Counted from the stretch's first letter, positions 23,768 through 38,864 are shown. The stretch: DNA of 64,000 nt from Eledone cirrhosa (GCA_964016885.1 OZ024747.1:10416001-10480000), one strand, 5' to 3'. The notes: generated from the sequence alone by a model not told the origin. Made by a program: numbers and translations.

Positions 23768-24549
23768 AAGACTGAGTGTAAAAGAGATAAACAAAGTGGA
23801 AGAGAGAGAGAGAGAGAGAGAGAATAGCTGTGAAAGAGATAGATAGATAAATAGATAGAGAGAGAAAGAGAGACTATGAAGTGTAATTTTTATTAAGTAG
23901 AAGTAGTTGTAGAGATAACAATTATTTACAAAAGACTAATTTATAAAGGTCTGCAGCTAATCTTGCAGCTAAAAATGTTAGTGCCAAATAAAGAACTACT
24001 TGATGGCTACAGGCAGATCCCTTCATCAGAGAATGACAAACTACCAATAGTTAGACAATTTTACTATTTTATATCACTGGCTTGAAATGTGTATTTTGGT
24101 GGATTATTGTAATCTGTTAAACTAGAGAGGCTTAAAGGGAAATATCTTTAGGTTGGTCCTCTTCTGTTAATCAGGGCTTTGTCTTTTATACAGGTATTGT
24201 GTAATTACAGGTATTGTCTGTCTATAATTACATTATTCAATATGATTTTTTTCTTTATTGAGATGAAGTGTAAAATGAGTGATTTGGCTGCTATTTCTAG
24301 CTGGTTGAGAAACTGTAATGAGGCTCACTTGTTGGCCGAAATGATGGTTTTTAGGGGGAGGCTCCAACTTAGCCTTGATATAGCAGACTTATAAGTAAAC
24401 CATTCTAGCGCTACTACTGCTGCTACCACTACTACCACCACCACCACTACTAGTAATTAACTCCACTGATGCAGAGGGTAACAGGGGGAGGGGGGAGGGC
24501 ATTAAACCTTGAAACAATAAGCAAATATTTAAAAAGTCAGGCATTTCAC

Positions 24550-25706
24550 TTGGATTTAAAGAAAAAATAGATTTAGATGAAAATTGGATTTAAAGAAAAA
24601 ATAGATTTAGATGAAAATTGGGTTTAAAGAAAAAATAGATTTAGATGAAAATTGGATTTAAAGAAAAAATAGATTTAGATGAAAATTGGATTTAAAGAAA
24701 AAATAGATTTAGATGAAAATTGGGTTTAAAGAAAAAATAGATTTAGATGAAAATTGGGTTTAAAGAAAAAATAGATTTAGATGAAAATTGGGTTTAACGA
24801 AAAAATAGATTTAGATGAAAATTGGGTTTAACGAAAAAATAGATTTAGATGAAAATTGGGTTTAAAGAAAAAATAGATTTAGATGAAAATTGGGTTTAAA
24901 GAAAAAATAGATTTAGATGAAAATTGGGTTTAAAGAAAAAATAGATTTAGATGAAAATTGGGTTTAAAGAAAAAATAGATTTTGATGAAAATTGGGTTTA
25001 AAGAAAAAATAGATTTAGATGAAAATTGGGTTTAAAGAAAAAATAGATTTAGATGAAAATTGGGTTTAAAGAAAAAATAGATTTAGATGAAAATTGGGTT
25101 TAAAGAAAAAATAGATTTAGATGAAAATTGGGTTTAACGAAAAAATAGATTTAGATGAAAATTGGGTTTAAAGAAAAAATAGATTTAGATGAAAATTGGG
25201 TTTAAAGAAAAAATAGATTTAGATGAAAATTGGGTTTAAAGAAAAAATAGATTTAGATGAAAATTGGGTTTAAAGAAAAAATAGATTTAGATGAAAATTG
25301 GGTTTAAAGAAAAAATAGATTTAGATGAAAATTGGGTTTAAAGAAAAAATAGATTTAGATGAAAATTGGGTTTAAAGAAAAAATAGATTTAGATGAAAAT
25401 TGGGTTTAAAGAAAAAATAGATTTAGATGAAAATTGGGTTTAACGAAAAAATAAATTTAGATGAAAATTGGGTTTAAAGAAAAAATAGATTTAGATGAAA
25501 ATTGGGTTTAAAGAAAAAATAGATTTAGATGAAAATTGGGTTTAAAGAAAAAATAGATTTAGATGAAAATTGGGTTTAAAGAAAAAATAGATTTTGATGA
25601 AAATTGGGTTTAAAGAAAAAATAGATTTAGATGAAAATTGGGTTTAAAGAAAAAATAGATTTAGATGAAAATTGGGTTTAAAGAAAAAATAGATTTAGAT
25701 GAAAAT
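24550..25706. repeat. 34-bp minisatellite, about 34 near-identical copies
   Basis: Unit ttgggtttaaagaaaaaatagatttagatgaaaa. Confidence 0.97.
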
Positions 25707-26941
25707 AAGGAAAGAAAAACATGAAACAAATAAATAAAGAAAAAACATGATTAATTGGTTAAAATAAACTTAACATCCTGTAGTGAGTAAATATCTAAAC
25801 ATGGAGTTGTTAATTCAAATGTTTATAGTGTCTTTAATATTGAACAAATTGTGAAAGTTTGTAGTAAAGACTTTAACTGGTAACTGAATCGCGACAATAT
25901 TTCTAATAAAATATATTTTGTTTTAATTATTTATTGAAAGATTGACCAAAACAATTATTTCTTTACCAAGACACTAAATGTATGGTTTGTATATAAAATT
26001 CTGTTGGAAGATTTTAATTTAAATTGGAATCCTTTAAAATGAGATTTGGTCAGGGTTAATGTAAATACAGTCATAGTGTTGCTTTGTACATCTCAAGAAT
26101 GTCTTGGAAACATAGTAGCATGCAGTACAGGATGTTAAGAGGATAAAACAGAATAGAAAGGTGCAAAGCTTGGAGAAAAAAAAAAAGGATCATTATTAGA
26201 TTAGGGTGTGTGATTTGATGAGAACTGAGTGGTGCAGTTGAAATAAAAATAAGGGGGGGAGGGGTGAATGTTTTTTTTTTTCAGTAGAAAAGTTAGTGAA
26301 AGTGTTGTAAAGATTGGAGAAATGAAAGCAGAAGACATTTTAAAAGAGAGGAAGAAAGATGGATGGGGGTGAGGGAGGGGGAATATATGATTGAAATAAG
26401 AATAAAAGAGTTTTATTTAGATATAAAACTGACTATAAATGTGTGTTTGTGTGTGTACTCGTACAAACATACATCTCTCTCTCTCTCTATATATATATAA
26501 TTGTTTCTACTTTAGGCACAAGGCCAGCAATTACCCAGTGCATCCCGTGACCTTTCCCTTATACATAAGTAGCACAAACATGACCTTTTAGCCCTGCCAA
26601 GGACTTAGATTCCTATCTGCATATACTGCAGCAAATGAAAAAAGAAAAGGCTATGATCATGCAACACACGTGAAAGTCATTTAGATCAAGTGATGTTTGT
26701 GTTTGAAGCTGTTTTAAGTGAAGAAAGGCCTTGCACTGGACCTATCCTACTTTCTGAACAACAGTGACAAGAATCCAAAAAGAAGAACAGGTCAACATCA
26801 TTGGTTGCCATCGTGTTGCAGGTTTTACATCAAAGTATTCCCCCTCCTAGCATGATGTCCTTACAAGAACTAGAGCTCTTTTCCTCCCGGTAGGCTAACC
26901 ATGCACTTGGGCATCAAACTGAGTATTCCCATGTCCTAGCG

Positions 26942-27300
26942 CATACACACACACATATGTTCAAATGTGAATACACACACACACATATGTTCAAATGTGA
27001 ATACACACACACACACATATGTTCAAATGTGAATACACACACACACATGTTCAAATGTGAATACACACACACACACACATATGTTCAAATGTGAATACAC
27101 ACACACACATGTTCAAATGTGAATACACACACACACACACATATGTTCAAATGTGAATACACACACACACATGTTCAAATGTGAATACATACATACACAC
27201 ACGTTCAAATGTGAATACACACACACACACACATGTTCAAATGTGAATACACACACACACATGTTCAAATGTGAATGCACACACGCAAATGTGAGTACAT
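26942..27300. repeat. Composite repeat gttcaaatgtgaat + (AC)n
   Basis: About 11 units with variable AC length. Confidence 0.9.
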
Positions 27301-27429
27301 ACATAGATATATATTAACAATTTCACATATTTTGGCATTTCAAAATGGTTTTGTGCACATAAATATGCCCAGCTTCTTCAGTTGCCTTAAAATATGACTT
27401 ATAAATATTGGGTAATAAGTGAAACTGTT

Positions 27430-27484
<55 letters not shown>

Positions 27485-28046
27485 TCAACTCCCACATTAT
27501 GTTGCTTGCCCTTTTCTTTCATTTGTACACCCACAGTTGTATCTATCTACACACACACACATATATATGTGTGTGTATATATACATGCATATCGTTATAG
27601 CATTATTAAGATGTAGAGGGTCGAATGCCATGCTTTGCAGCAAAGAGTTACGACCCTTTATGGTCTGAGTTCAAATCCTGCCAAGGTTAACTTTGTCTTT
27701 CATCCTTACGGGGTCGATAAAATAAAATACCAGTAATACACTGGACTAATTGCTGGCCTTGTGCCAAAAGTAGAAACTATTATTCTATATATTATACATG
27801 CTACTTTGATGAGTTGTAGTGCTCCTGAGCATTGTACACAATTTTCATTATTATTTTAAATATAACGTACCAAAATATATGACCAGAGAGAGAGAAGAAT
27901 GTTGCGTTTCTGAAGTTGTAGTTGATATTTACACTGTTATCTCCAATAACATTAGATGTAATTGTTGTAGTATAAAGACGCCATTTAAAGAACAGAATTT
28001 AATATCTAATTCCTTGAGTCAATACTCAGAAGATTGTAATATAATT

Positions 28047-28172
28047 GTTTCTACATTTTGGCACAAGGCCAGCAATTACCCAGAACATTACTGGTACTTT
28101 ATTTTATCGACCTCTGTATGGATGAAAGGCAAAGTTAACCTCGGCGGGATTTGAACTCAGATCGTAAAGATT
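28047..28172 (-). mobile_element. 5'-truncated SINE family A with TSD; an opposite-strand copy lies at 27613-27780
   Basis: gaagattgtaatataat on both flanks. Confidence 0.8.
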
Positions 28173-29092
28173 GAAGATTGTAATATAATGGAGTTTAACT
28201 ATAAAAATAGTGCCCAGTCCAGCCTGTAAGGTGGTTGCTGGAATGGTATCTGGCTATTGAAAACCAAGCCCAAAACACTGTATGAGAAAGGCATGGTCAC
28301 CTGATAGGTCCAGCCTCAGTAAGTGACAAACTATCTAACCTATATAGGCATGGAAAATAGACATTAAACAATGATGATGATGATGATGATGATAATGTCT
28401 AAGTGTCCATCTTTTAACTGAATATAATAAAAGAAGTTATGAATGTTATTGTAATAGAGAAAGAGGTCCAGAGGAATGGAAGAGGTTGAGAGAGAGAGAG
28501 AGAGGAAATGGATGAGGCTGAGAGAGAGAGAGGGAAGATAAGATGGAATAAGAAGAAAAGATAAAGGGTAAAAAAAAATATTTAAAATAAAATAAAATAA
28601 CTAAACTAAACTAAACTAAACTAAAATATAATTAAAGAGAATTAGGGTGAGAAAAGGTGAGAGAAATGTGTTGTGCAATAGAAGTTAATTGTAGAGTTTA
28701 AAAGGTTGAAGGGATAGGAATTAGAGAAGTTGAAAGATTTGAAGAGATAGATGTAGGAATTAGAGAAGGTTGCTAATTTCTAGGAGAGTTAGACAGCAAC
28801 TTGAGAAGACATTAGTAAGGTAGGACAGAGATTTTCTTGGTTCTTTTTCAGATTGGGTGGCAAAAATGAAGGATATATATAGTAATAATAATTATGAAGG
28901 CCAAAATTCGAAGAGGGCTCGATAAGTATTATATATATATATATACACATACATACATACATATAAAAGTATATATAAACTCGTAGAGTAAATATTAATT
29001 ATTACTACACAAGATTCCGTAATAGGGTGAAAGCAGAAATTCTTTGCTTAAACTTTAATCTGTACTAATAATAAATATATTTGTATATATAT

Positions 29093-29137
<45 letters not shown>

Positions 29138-29606
29138 TATATTATATATATACACACACACAAGAAGTGTGTGTTTGAATTTATATATAGAGGGGAAGAA
29201 GGACTTTTTGGTATTCCAAGCTTAAGCCTTCTTTTGTTGCTACTTTAAAAGCAGTTTTACCCTGAAAAATGACGAAAACCTGGATTTCAGAGTAGCAAAT
29301 GCTTGTAATACAATTAATATGTCTGTGTTGATGTCTAATTTCTAGTTGACATGGTTCGTTAACAGCCACAGATACCGCAAGTTATACAGTCAATTAATTA
29401 ATTATGGATAAGAGAGGGGGGGGGGGGTGTCAAAAGATACTAACATCAAGTTCCTTTACTACTATACCCTGACCATATACATACATATATATATGTGTGT
29501 GTGTATACAATTATATATATATGTCAGTCAGTCTGCCTTGTGGTACCTACTTACAGACATTGTCATAGTTAACTGTTCTTGGGTCACAACCTCAGAATAA
29601 CCAGCA

Positions 29607-31789
29607 TTTTGGTCAGTCAGTCTGACCTGTGGTACCTACTTTGGTCAGTCAGTCTGACCTGTGGTACCTACTTTGGTCAGTCAGTCTGACCTGTGGTACC
29701 TACTTTGGTCAGTCAGTCTGACCTGTGGTACCTACTTTGGTCAGTCAGTCTGACCTGTGGTACCTACTTTGGTCAGTCAGTCTGACCTGTGGTACCTACT
29801 TTGGTCAGTCAGTCTGACCTGTGGTACCTACTTTGGTCAGTCAGTCTGACATGTGGTACCTACTTTGGTCAGTCAGTCTGACATGTGGTACCTACTTTGG
29901 TCAGTCAGACAGACCTGTGGTACCTACTTTGGTCAGTCAGTCTGACATGTGGTACCTACTTTGGTCAGTCAGTCTGACATGTGGTACCTACTTTGGTCAG
30001 TCAGTCTGACATGTGGTACCTACTTTGGTCAGTCAGTCTGACCTGTGGTACCTACTTTGGTCAGTCAGTCTGACATGTGGTACCTACTTTGGTCAGTCAG
30101 TCTGACATGTGGTACCTACTTTGGTCAGTCAGTCTGACCTGTGGTACCTACTTTGGTCAGTCAGTCTGACCTGTGGTACCTACTTTGGTCAGTCAGTCTG
30201 ACCTGTGGTACCTACTTTGGTCAGTCTGACCTGTGGTACCTACTTTGGTCAGTCTGACCTGTGGTACCTACTTTGGTCAGTCAGTCTGACATGTGGTACC
30301 TACTTTGGTCAGTCAGTCTGACATGTGGTACCTACTTTGGTCAGTCAGACAGACATGTGGTACTTACTTTGGTCAGTCAGTCTGACATGTGGTACCTACT
30401 TTGGTCAGTCAGTCTGACATGTGGTACCTACTTTGGTCAGCCAGACAGACCTGTGGTACCTACTTTGGTCAGTCAGTCTGACCTGTGGTACCTACTTTGG
30501 TCAGTCAGTCTGACATGTGGTACCTACTTTGGTCAGTCAGACAGACCTGTGGTACCTACTTTGGTCAGTCAGTCTGACATGTGGTACCTACTTTGGTCAG
30601 TCAGTCTGACATGTGGTACCTACTTTGGTCAGTCAGTCTGACCTGTGGTACCTACTTTGGTCAGTCAGTCTGACCTGTGGTACCTACTTTGGTCAGTCAG
30701 TCTGACATGTGGTACCTACTTTGGTCAGTCAGTCTGACATGTGGTACCTACTTTGGTCAGTCAGACAGACCTGTGGTACCTACTTTGGTCAGTCAGTCTG
30801 ACATGTGGTACCTACTTTGGTCAGTCAGTCTGACCTGTGGTACCTACTTTGGTCAGTCAGTCTGACATGTGGTACCTACTTTGGTCAGTCAGTCTGACAT
30901 GTGGTACCTACTTTGGTCAGTCAGTCTGACCTGTGGTACCTACTTTGGTCAGTCAGTCTGACCTGTGGTACCTACTTTGGTCAGTCAGACAGACATGTGG
31001 TACTTACTTTGGTCAGTCAGTCTGACCTGTGGTACCTACTTTGGTCAGTCAGTCTGACATGTGGTACCTACTTTGGTCAGTCAGTCTGACCTGTGGTACC
31101 TACTTTGGTCAGCCAGACTGACCTGTGGTACCTACTTTGGTCAGTCAGTCTGACATGTGGCACAGTCTGACATCTGTCAATCAGACTGACCTGTGGTACC
31201 TACTTTGGTCAGTCAGTCTGACATGTACCTACTTTGGTCAGTCAGTCTGACCTGTGGTACCTACTTTGGTCAGTCAGTCTGACCTGTGGTACCTACTTTG
31301 GTCAGTCAGTCTGACCTGTGGTACCTACTTTGGTCAGTCAGACTGACCTGTGGCAGTCTGACATCTGTCAATCAGACAGACCTGTGGTACCTACTTTGGT
31401 CAGTCAGTCTGACCTGTGGTACCTACTTTGGTCAGTCAGTCTGACATGTGGCACAGTCTGACATCTGTCAATCAGACTGACCTGTGGTACTTACTTTGGT
31501 CAGTCAGTCTGACCTGTGGTACTTACTTTGGTCAGTCAGTCTGACCTGTGGTACCTACTTTGGTCAGTCAGTCTGACCTGTGGCACAGTCTGACATCTGT
31601 CAATCAGACTGACCTGTGGTACTTACTTTGGTCAGTCAGACTGACCTGTGGTACCTACTTTGGTCAGTCAGACTGACCTGTGGTACTTACTTTGGTCAGT
31701 CAGACTGACCTGTGGCAGTCTGACATCTGTCAATCAGACAGACCTGTGGTACCTACTTTGGTCAGTCAGTCTGACCTGTGGTACCTACA
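29607..31789. repeat. 32-bp minisatellite, about 65-70 units
   Basis: Unit tttggtcagtcagtctgacctgtggtacctac; variant units towards the right end. Confidence 0.97.
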
Positions 31790-32348
31790 TTCTGAGATGG
31801 TGACAGTCAACAGTTCCTGGGCCACCACCTCAGAATAACCAACCTTTCCCAATCAGTAAGAACATATCCACTCTTCTACAGAGAGTACCTTTATAAATCT
31901 GACTACTTCTTCCTTCCAAACAGAAACTGTAAGTTTTATTGTACAATTCAACATTGAATCATCATCATCATCATCATCATCTCTCCACACGGTGCGATCC
32001 TTTGCCATCTCCACTATTATATATATATATATATTGCATCATCTGAGTTTGTTGAAGGACAATTACCATGTGTATGTACCTTTCTCATGGCTACTAACAA
32101 ATGCTAGTAGCCATAGCTTTATAATAAGCCACTAATGCAACTATAGTACCGTCCTAGCATTGAAACCAGATCTTGTAACCTATAGTAGGTGACTGATGAG
32201 GCAAGTATTGTTTCCCATGTTGTCCCCATGTGCCTGTGACTTTGTTGTGTTATTCATTTATATATAATGTCTGTGTATGAGTGCATAAATATACAGATAG
32301 CTGTGTGTGTTTATCTATTGGATATAACTTTATAGTTACTTCTTAGTT

Positions 32349-32387
<39 letters not shown>

Positions 32388-32811
32388 AAACTTGTTTTTG
32401 TGTAGATCCTGTGATTTCTGTTGGAGCAGATTTTTGGTTAGGATGAAATCACAGATCTAGAAATATATGATTGTTTGTACTTCATGGTCCAGTCTTCATT
32501 CTGGTGGGTGGAATATTCAAATTTATGATATAAGAGCCATGATACCTTCATTTTAAAGGCTGTATAAGAAGTAGGTAGCCTATTATGTTGAGTGAAGGGA
32601 AGTTGACAGTGTAGTCTTTGGGAATTTAGTGAAGCTTTGGCTAATATATTGAGTATGTGAAGTGACCATGGCTGGTATGTGATTCCCAGTTATTGCTAGG
32701 AAATGTTGAAAAAAAGGGAAACCCAGACTGAGGCACCACCTGGAAGCTTCCTTGGTAAAGTTGCTTGTGTGTGTGGACCTCATTTTAAAGATGGTGGGTA
32801 GGATTAATTAA

Positions 32812-33010
32812 CCATTTTGTGACCATCTTTCTAATGAAATAAATTTCATTTCAATTAATTAAATTAAGAGATTTACTAAAATTATAAATTATTTCATTAC
32901 TAAGATAGTTACTTAACATTTGGTTCTTATATAAAATTATGTTGGAAACTTTTAATTTAAAGAAGAACTCTCTAAAATGGCTGGTTTTGGGTAGGTTGGT
33001 AAGAAAAGGA
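32812..33010. mobile_element. AT-rich piggyBac-like MITE
   Basis: TTAA on both sides, degenerate CCCTTT/AAAGGG ends; homologous to 34436, 40501 and 44152. Confidence 0.55.
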
Positions 33011-33359
33011 TTAATATAATTGAACAGATAGAAACTTTGTTTTAGATTCATAGGGTCCACATTTTAAAGAGGATAGAGAATTTTCAGAGAAGAGGTAGAA
33101 GGGGCACTTATCGACAACACAAAGCAGGTTCAGTAACTATATACTAATTATCTGGCTGGTTTGACTAATTAAAAATATTTGATGGGTATCTGTGGCTTTC
33201 TTTAACACCATGGGTATCATTGTAAAATATAACTGCACTCCCCCCTAAAGTAGATAAAGCCATTTTCATTGCCCACCCTGCCAAAAGATCAATGTCCTGC
33301 CTTACAAAGACTGTTGAGGGTCATGCAGAGTTGATTGAGCTGCCCGAGCACTTACTTAC

Positions 33360-33431
33360 AGTATTGACTATCTTGGGCAACTGTTTGTGTGTATGTGGCG
33401 GTGTTATTGCCGGCCCAACTTGTGGTCGTAC
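33360..33431 (-). CDS. SMAD4: SMAD4 linker exon (72 nt, TTTSWAGNNTATYTQTVAQDSQY)
   Basis: ttttgtattgcag/GTAAGT, phase 1-1; SWAGNNTATYT resembles human TWTGSRTAPYT; YW forms at the junction. Confidence 0.88.
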
Positions 33432-33768
33432 CTGCAATACAAAACTAAGCATTCAGAAACACAAAACTCACAAGTGCCATGAGGCTGGGCTTCATTTTTC
33501 CTGTCGACGACAACGACAAAACAAAAATTTGTGAACACTGCTGGTAATGGATGGATGGTTGGAAGAGGTGGGGTTGGTGGTGGTGGAGTGCTGGAGGTTG
33601 GTGGTAGTGGAGTGCTGGAGGTGGGGGTGGAGGAAGAAGAGGGCAGGAAGGAAAGAGAGTGTAGTAGATATGTGTAAAGAAATGTGGCAACATCTCTGAG
33701 CCTGGAACGTTCCATTAGAGAAAGACACGAGATGAGATGGGAGGTGAGGACAGAGATATATATATATT

Positions 33769-33832
<64 letters not shown>

Positions 33833-34435
33833 AGAGCAAGAGAGAGATTAAAGAAGATTCAAGATATATGAAAACTGGGTGAAATGGGAGTGGAGAGGCT
33901 AAATCAATTTAGATTAATAAATATACCCCCCCCCCCCCATTAAACCGTTATTTGGCAACCATACAGACTGAGAGAAGATGAGTTACATGGTCATTGTTTG
34001 CCCAGGGACACAATACAATGGATTGCAGAAGTAGTCATCATCATCATCATCATCATTGTTTAACGTCAATCTTCCACGCTAGCATGGGTTTGGACGGGAA
34101 TTGTCCCACTTGAGGCAAGATTGGTTGTCTTGCTCGTATAGGAATGTCTGGCGGGTTTTCTACGGCTGGATGCCCTTCCTAACACCAACCGCGTTTACAG
34201 TGTGGACTGGGAGGTTTTTACCGTGTTACCTACACGGCCACATTACAGTGTGGACTGTGTGTTTTTTTGTTGTGACACCTACACAATCTCATTTATTTAG
34301 GACTGGATGTTGTGGTACCAACATAACTTTACATCAAAAGGGGTAGTGTAGATGGGGGTGGGGGTAGGGATAGTGGGACGGGGGTGTATTTTGGTTAAGA
34401 GGTGCCTACTGACTGTAGGTTTCGCTAGTTGTTAA

Positions 34436-35216
34436 CCCTTTCATTACCATATTTCTAATGAAAGGCATTACCTATGTCATTAACCCTTTCATTACCATAT
34501 TTCTAATGAAAGACACTGTCTATGTCATTAACCCTTTCATTACCATATTTCTAATGAAAGACACTGTCTATGTCATTAACCCTTTCATTACCATATTTCT
34601 AATGAAAGACACTGTCTATGTCATTAACCCTTTCATTACCATATTTCTAATGAAAGACATTACCTATATGATATTCAAATAATTAAGAATTTGGGAAGAT
34701 TTAGTAATATCGGTAACTCTCACAAAATTATGCTGATGTGTGGACCATAACATAACCAAGTTTCTTACATAAAATATGATAGGTTTTCCAATAAATATAA
34801 ACACTTCAAAATAAACAGTTTTGTTCTGTAGATGTATTTCTTTCATTATAAAGTTATTATTTGAAACAGTAAGGGCAGTGGATTGGCAGAGCCGCTAGAG
34901 CATCGGACACCATGCTTTGTGGCATAGAGTTATGGTCTTTTGTTTTCTGAGTTCAAATCCTGCCGAGGTTAGCTTTGCCTTCATCCTTACGGGGTCGATA
35001 GAATAAAGTATCAGTAATCCACTGGGATAGATTTAATCAATGTTTGCCCTTCCCCAAACTTGCTGGCCTTGTGCCTAAATCAGAAACAATTATTTGGAAC
35101 ATAACTTGATAAAATAAAGTTTTTACTAGAAGTTTAAATGTAAATATGAACACATTAAAATAAAGTTTAGTATTATAAAATCTGGGTAATTTCAGATGAG
35201 GTTGTTAGTAAAAGGT
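34436..35216. mobile_element. piggyBac-like MITE with its left end amplified as a 57-bp x4 array and a SINE A insertion (about 34872-35090)
   Basis: TTAA|CCCTTTCATTACC ... GTAAAAGGT|TTAA. Confidence 0.6.
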
Positions 35217-35239
35217 TTAACATTGTAAAAACACTGGCC

Positions 35240-37498
35240 TAAGACTAAGTAGTGGTGTTAAACTGAGTGACATATTAAGTCCACTACCCAAGGACTAAGT
35301 GGTGGTGTTAAACTGAGTGACATATTAAGTCAACTACCCAAGGACTAGGTGGTGGTGTTAAACTGAGTGACATATTAAGTCAACTACCCAAGGACTAGGT
35401 GGTGGTGTTAAACTGAGTGACATATTAAGTCAACTACCCAAGGACTAAGTGGTGGTGTTAAACTGAGTGACATATTAAGTCAACTACCCAAGGACTAGGT
35501 GGTGGTGTTAAACTGGGTGACATATTAAGTCAACTACCCAAGGACTAAGTGGTGGTGTTAAACTGGGTGACATATTAAGTCAACTACCCAAGGACTAAGT
35601 GGTGGTGTTAAACTGGGTGACATATTAAGTCAACTACCCAAGGACTAAGTGGTGGTGTTAAACTGGGTGACATATTAAGTCAACTACCCAAGGACTAAAT
35701 GGTGGTGTTAAACTGGGTGACATATTAAGTCAACTACCCAAGGACTAAGTGGTGGTGTTAAACTGGGTGACATATTAAGTCAACTACCCAAGGACTAAGT
35801 GGTGGTGTTAAACTGGGTGACATATTAAGTCAACTACCCAAGGACTAAGTGGTGGTGTTAAACTGGGTGACATATTAAGTCAACTACCCAAGGACTAAGT
35901 GGTGGTGTTAAACTGAGTGACATATTAAGTCAACTACCCAAGGACTAAGTGGTGGTGTTAAACTGGGTGACATATTAAGTCAACTACCCAAGGACTATTT
36001 GGTGGTGTTAAACTGGGTGACATATTAAGTCAACTACCCAAGGACTAAGTGGTGGTGTTAAATTGGGTGACATATTAAGTCAACTACCCAAGGACTATTT
36101 GGTGGTGTTAAACTGGGTGATATATTAAGTCAACTACCCAAGGACTATTTGGTGGTGTTAAACTGGGTGACATATTAAGTCAACTACCCAAGGACTAAAT
36201 GGTGGTGTTAAACTGGGCGACATATTAAGTCAACTACCCAAGGACTAAGTGGTGGTGTTAAACTGGGTGACATATTAAGTCAACTACCCAAGGACTAAGT
36301 GGTGGTGTTAAACTGGGCAACATATTAAGTCAACTACCTAAGGACTATTTGGTGGTGTTAAACTGGGCGACATATTAAGTCTACCACCCAACGACTAAGT
36401 GGTGGTGTTAAACTGGGTGACATATTAAGTCTACCACCCAACGACTAAGTGGTGGTGTTAAACTGGGTGACATATTAAGTCAACTACTCAAGGACTAAAT
36501 GGTGGTGTTAAACTGGGTGACATATTAAGTCAACTACCTAAGGACTATTTGGTGGTGTTAAACTGGGCGACATATTAAGTCAACTACTCAAGGACTAGGT
36601 GGTGGTGTTAAACTGGGTGACATATTAAGTCAAATACCCAAGGACTAAGTGGTGGTTGGTGTTAAACTGGGCGACATATTAAGTCAACTACCCAAGGACT
36701 AAGTGGTGGTGTTAAACTGGGTGACATATTAAGTCAACTACCCAAGGACTAAGTGGTGGTGTTAAACTGGGTGACATATTAAGTCAACTACCCAAGGACT
36801 AAGTGGTGGTGTTAAACTGGGTGACATATTAAGTCTACCACCCAACGACTAAGTGGTGGTGTTAAACTGGGTGACATATTAAGTCAACTACTCAAGGACT
36901 AGGTGGTGGTTGTTAAACTGGGTGACATATTAAGTCAAATACCCAAGGACTAAGTGGTGGTTGGTGTTAAACTGGGCGACATATTAAGTCAACTACCCAA
37001 GGACTAAGTGGTGGTGTTAAACTGGGTGACATATTAAGTCAACTACCCAAGGACTAAGTGGTGGTGTTAAACTGGGTGACATATTAAGTCAACTACCCAA
37101 GGACTAAGTGGTGGTGTTAAACTGGGTGACATATTAAGTCAACTACCCAAGGACTAAGTGGTGGTGTTAAACTGGGTGACATATTAAGTCAACTACCCAA
37201 GGACTATTTGGTGGTGTTAAACTGGGCGACATATTAAGTCTACCACCCAAGGACTAAGTGGTGGTGTTAAACTGGGTGACATATTAAGTCTACCACCCAA
37301 GGACTAAGTGGTGGTGTTAAACTGGGTGACATATTAAGTCTACCACCCAAGGACTAAGTGGTGGTGTTAAACTGGGTGACATATTAAGTCTACCACCCAA
37401 GGACTAAGTGGTGGTGTTAAACTGGGTGACATATTAAGTCTACCACCCAAGGACTAAGTGGTGGTGTTAAACTGGGCAACATATTAAGTCTACCACCC
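35240..37498. repeat. 50-bp minisatellite, about 45 copies
   Basis: Unit aggactaagtggtggtgttaaactgggtgacatattaagtcaactaccca. Confidence 0.97.
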
Positions 37499-37702
37499 TT
37501 CACCTCAACCTAATGAATAAAAATAGAATGCTTACATAGAAACAGGACCAGAGGTGAGAGGAGAGAGGAGAATGAGTGGTTGTGATGGTGATGGTGGTGG
37601 TGTGGTAGAAAGAATGGTTGACAATGATAATGGTGGTGGTGATGATGATGGATCAGATATAATAGGTGATGAACAGAATGTATAGAAGAATTTGCTGATG
37701 TG

Positions 37703-37800
<98 letters not shown>

Positions 37801-38716
37801 AAGCAATAAAGGCAAAAACAAATACTTTCAGGTCCCAAATAAGAGGGGGTGGGGTGGAATAAGCATGGGGGACGGGTGTGAGGTGAAAAATTGGTAATTT
37901 TTCGATGTTGTCTCCGTTGATTTTTTAAAAACCAGAATTAGTTATTTAGTTTACATATTGAGACCCCATCCTATTTATTTTGTAACGTATGGGGCTTCTA
38001 GTAATGTACTTTTATGTCATGTACAATGTTTTTAAATGTCTAAAGAAAATTAATTATCACAAATGCTACCACTTAAAATAAAAGGGGGGTGGGGTGGGGG
38101 ATTATTCGAGACCCGAGACTAGTGGTGATGAGAGGGTAGTTCTCCATTTCAAATTCACTACTGGTATTGGTAACTTTGTAGGGAGGCAAAGAGACCCCCC
38201 CCCCCCCCACACACACACATGTAACATAACACACAACACAGATGTGGAAACTGACAATAGAGATGGCTAGATAGAGAGATAGGTAGGTGGATGGATGGAT
38301 CGCTAGAGAGATAGATAGATAGGTAGATGGATGGCTAGATAGATAGATAGGTAGATAGGTAGATGGATGGGTAGATAGGTAGATGGATGGCTAGATAGAT
38401 AGATAGGTAGATGGATGGCTAGATAGATAGATAGGTAGATAGGTAGATGGATGGCTAGATAGATAGATAGGTAGATAGGTAGATGGATGGCTAGATAGAT
38501 ATGATGTGATAATTATGATTGCAGTTGTGATGATGATAATGATGCATAGCAACAGTTAAGATGCAGAGCGAGAGAGAGAATAAAATAAAAAAACAAACAA
38601 GCGGTAGCAACAACAACAACAAAATGAGTGGCGGTGGTGAAAACTGTAAATAAAATGGTAAGTTAAGCAACACTGGAGCATAGAGAGATAGAGAGAAGTG
38701 AGAAAGAGGAGGGGGG

Positions 38717-38796
<80 letters not shown>

Positions 38797-38864
38797 AAGC
38801 AAATAAACAAGAGAGAAAAAAGAGAGGAAAGAAAAAACTTTGTTGATGGAAAATGGCAAATTTG

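Noticed and set aside
26590-26830. Possible further retroelement remnant
   Set aside because: Too decayed to support a call by eye.
33301-33359. Alternative donor at 33305 and tandem GTAAGTAAGT
   Set aside because: Extension gives an in-frame TAA or a frameshift.
33472-33500. 29-nt exon-like segment (cgacag..GTGAGT) on -
   Set aside because: Not a multiple of 3, phase does not fit the upstream exon, and it would leave a 40-nt intron.
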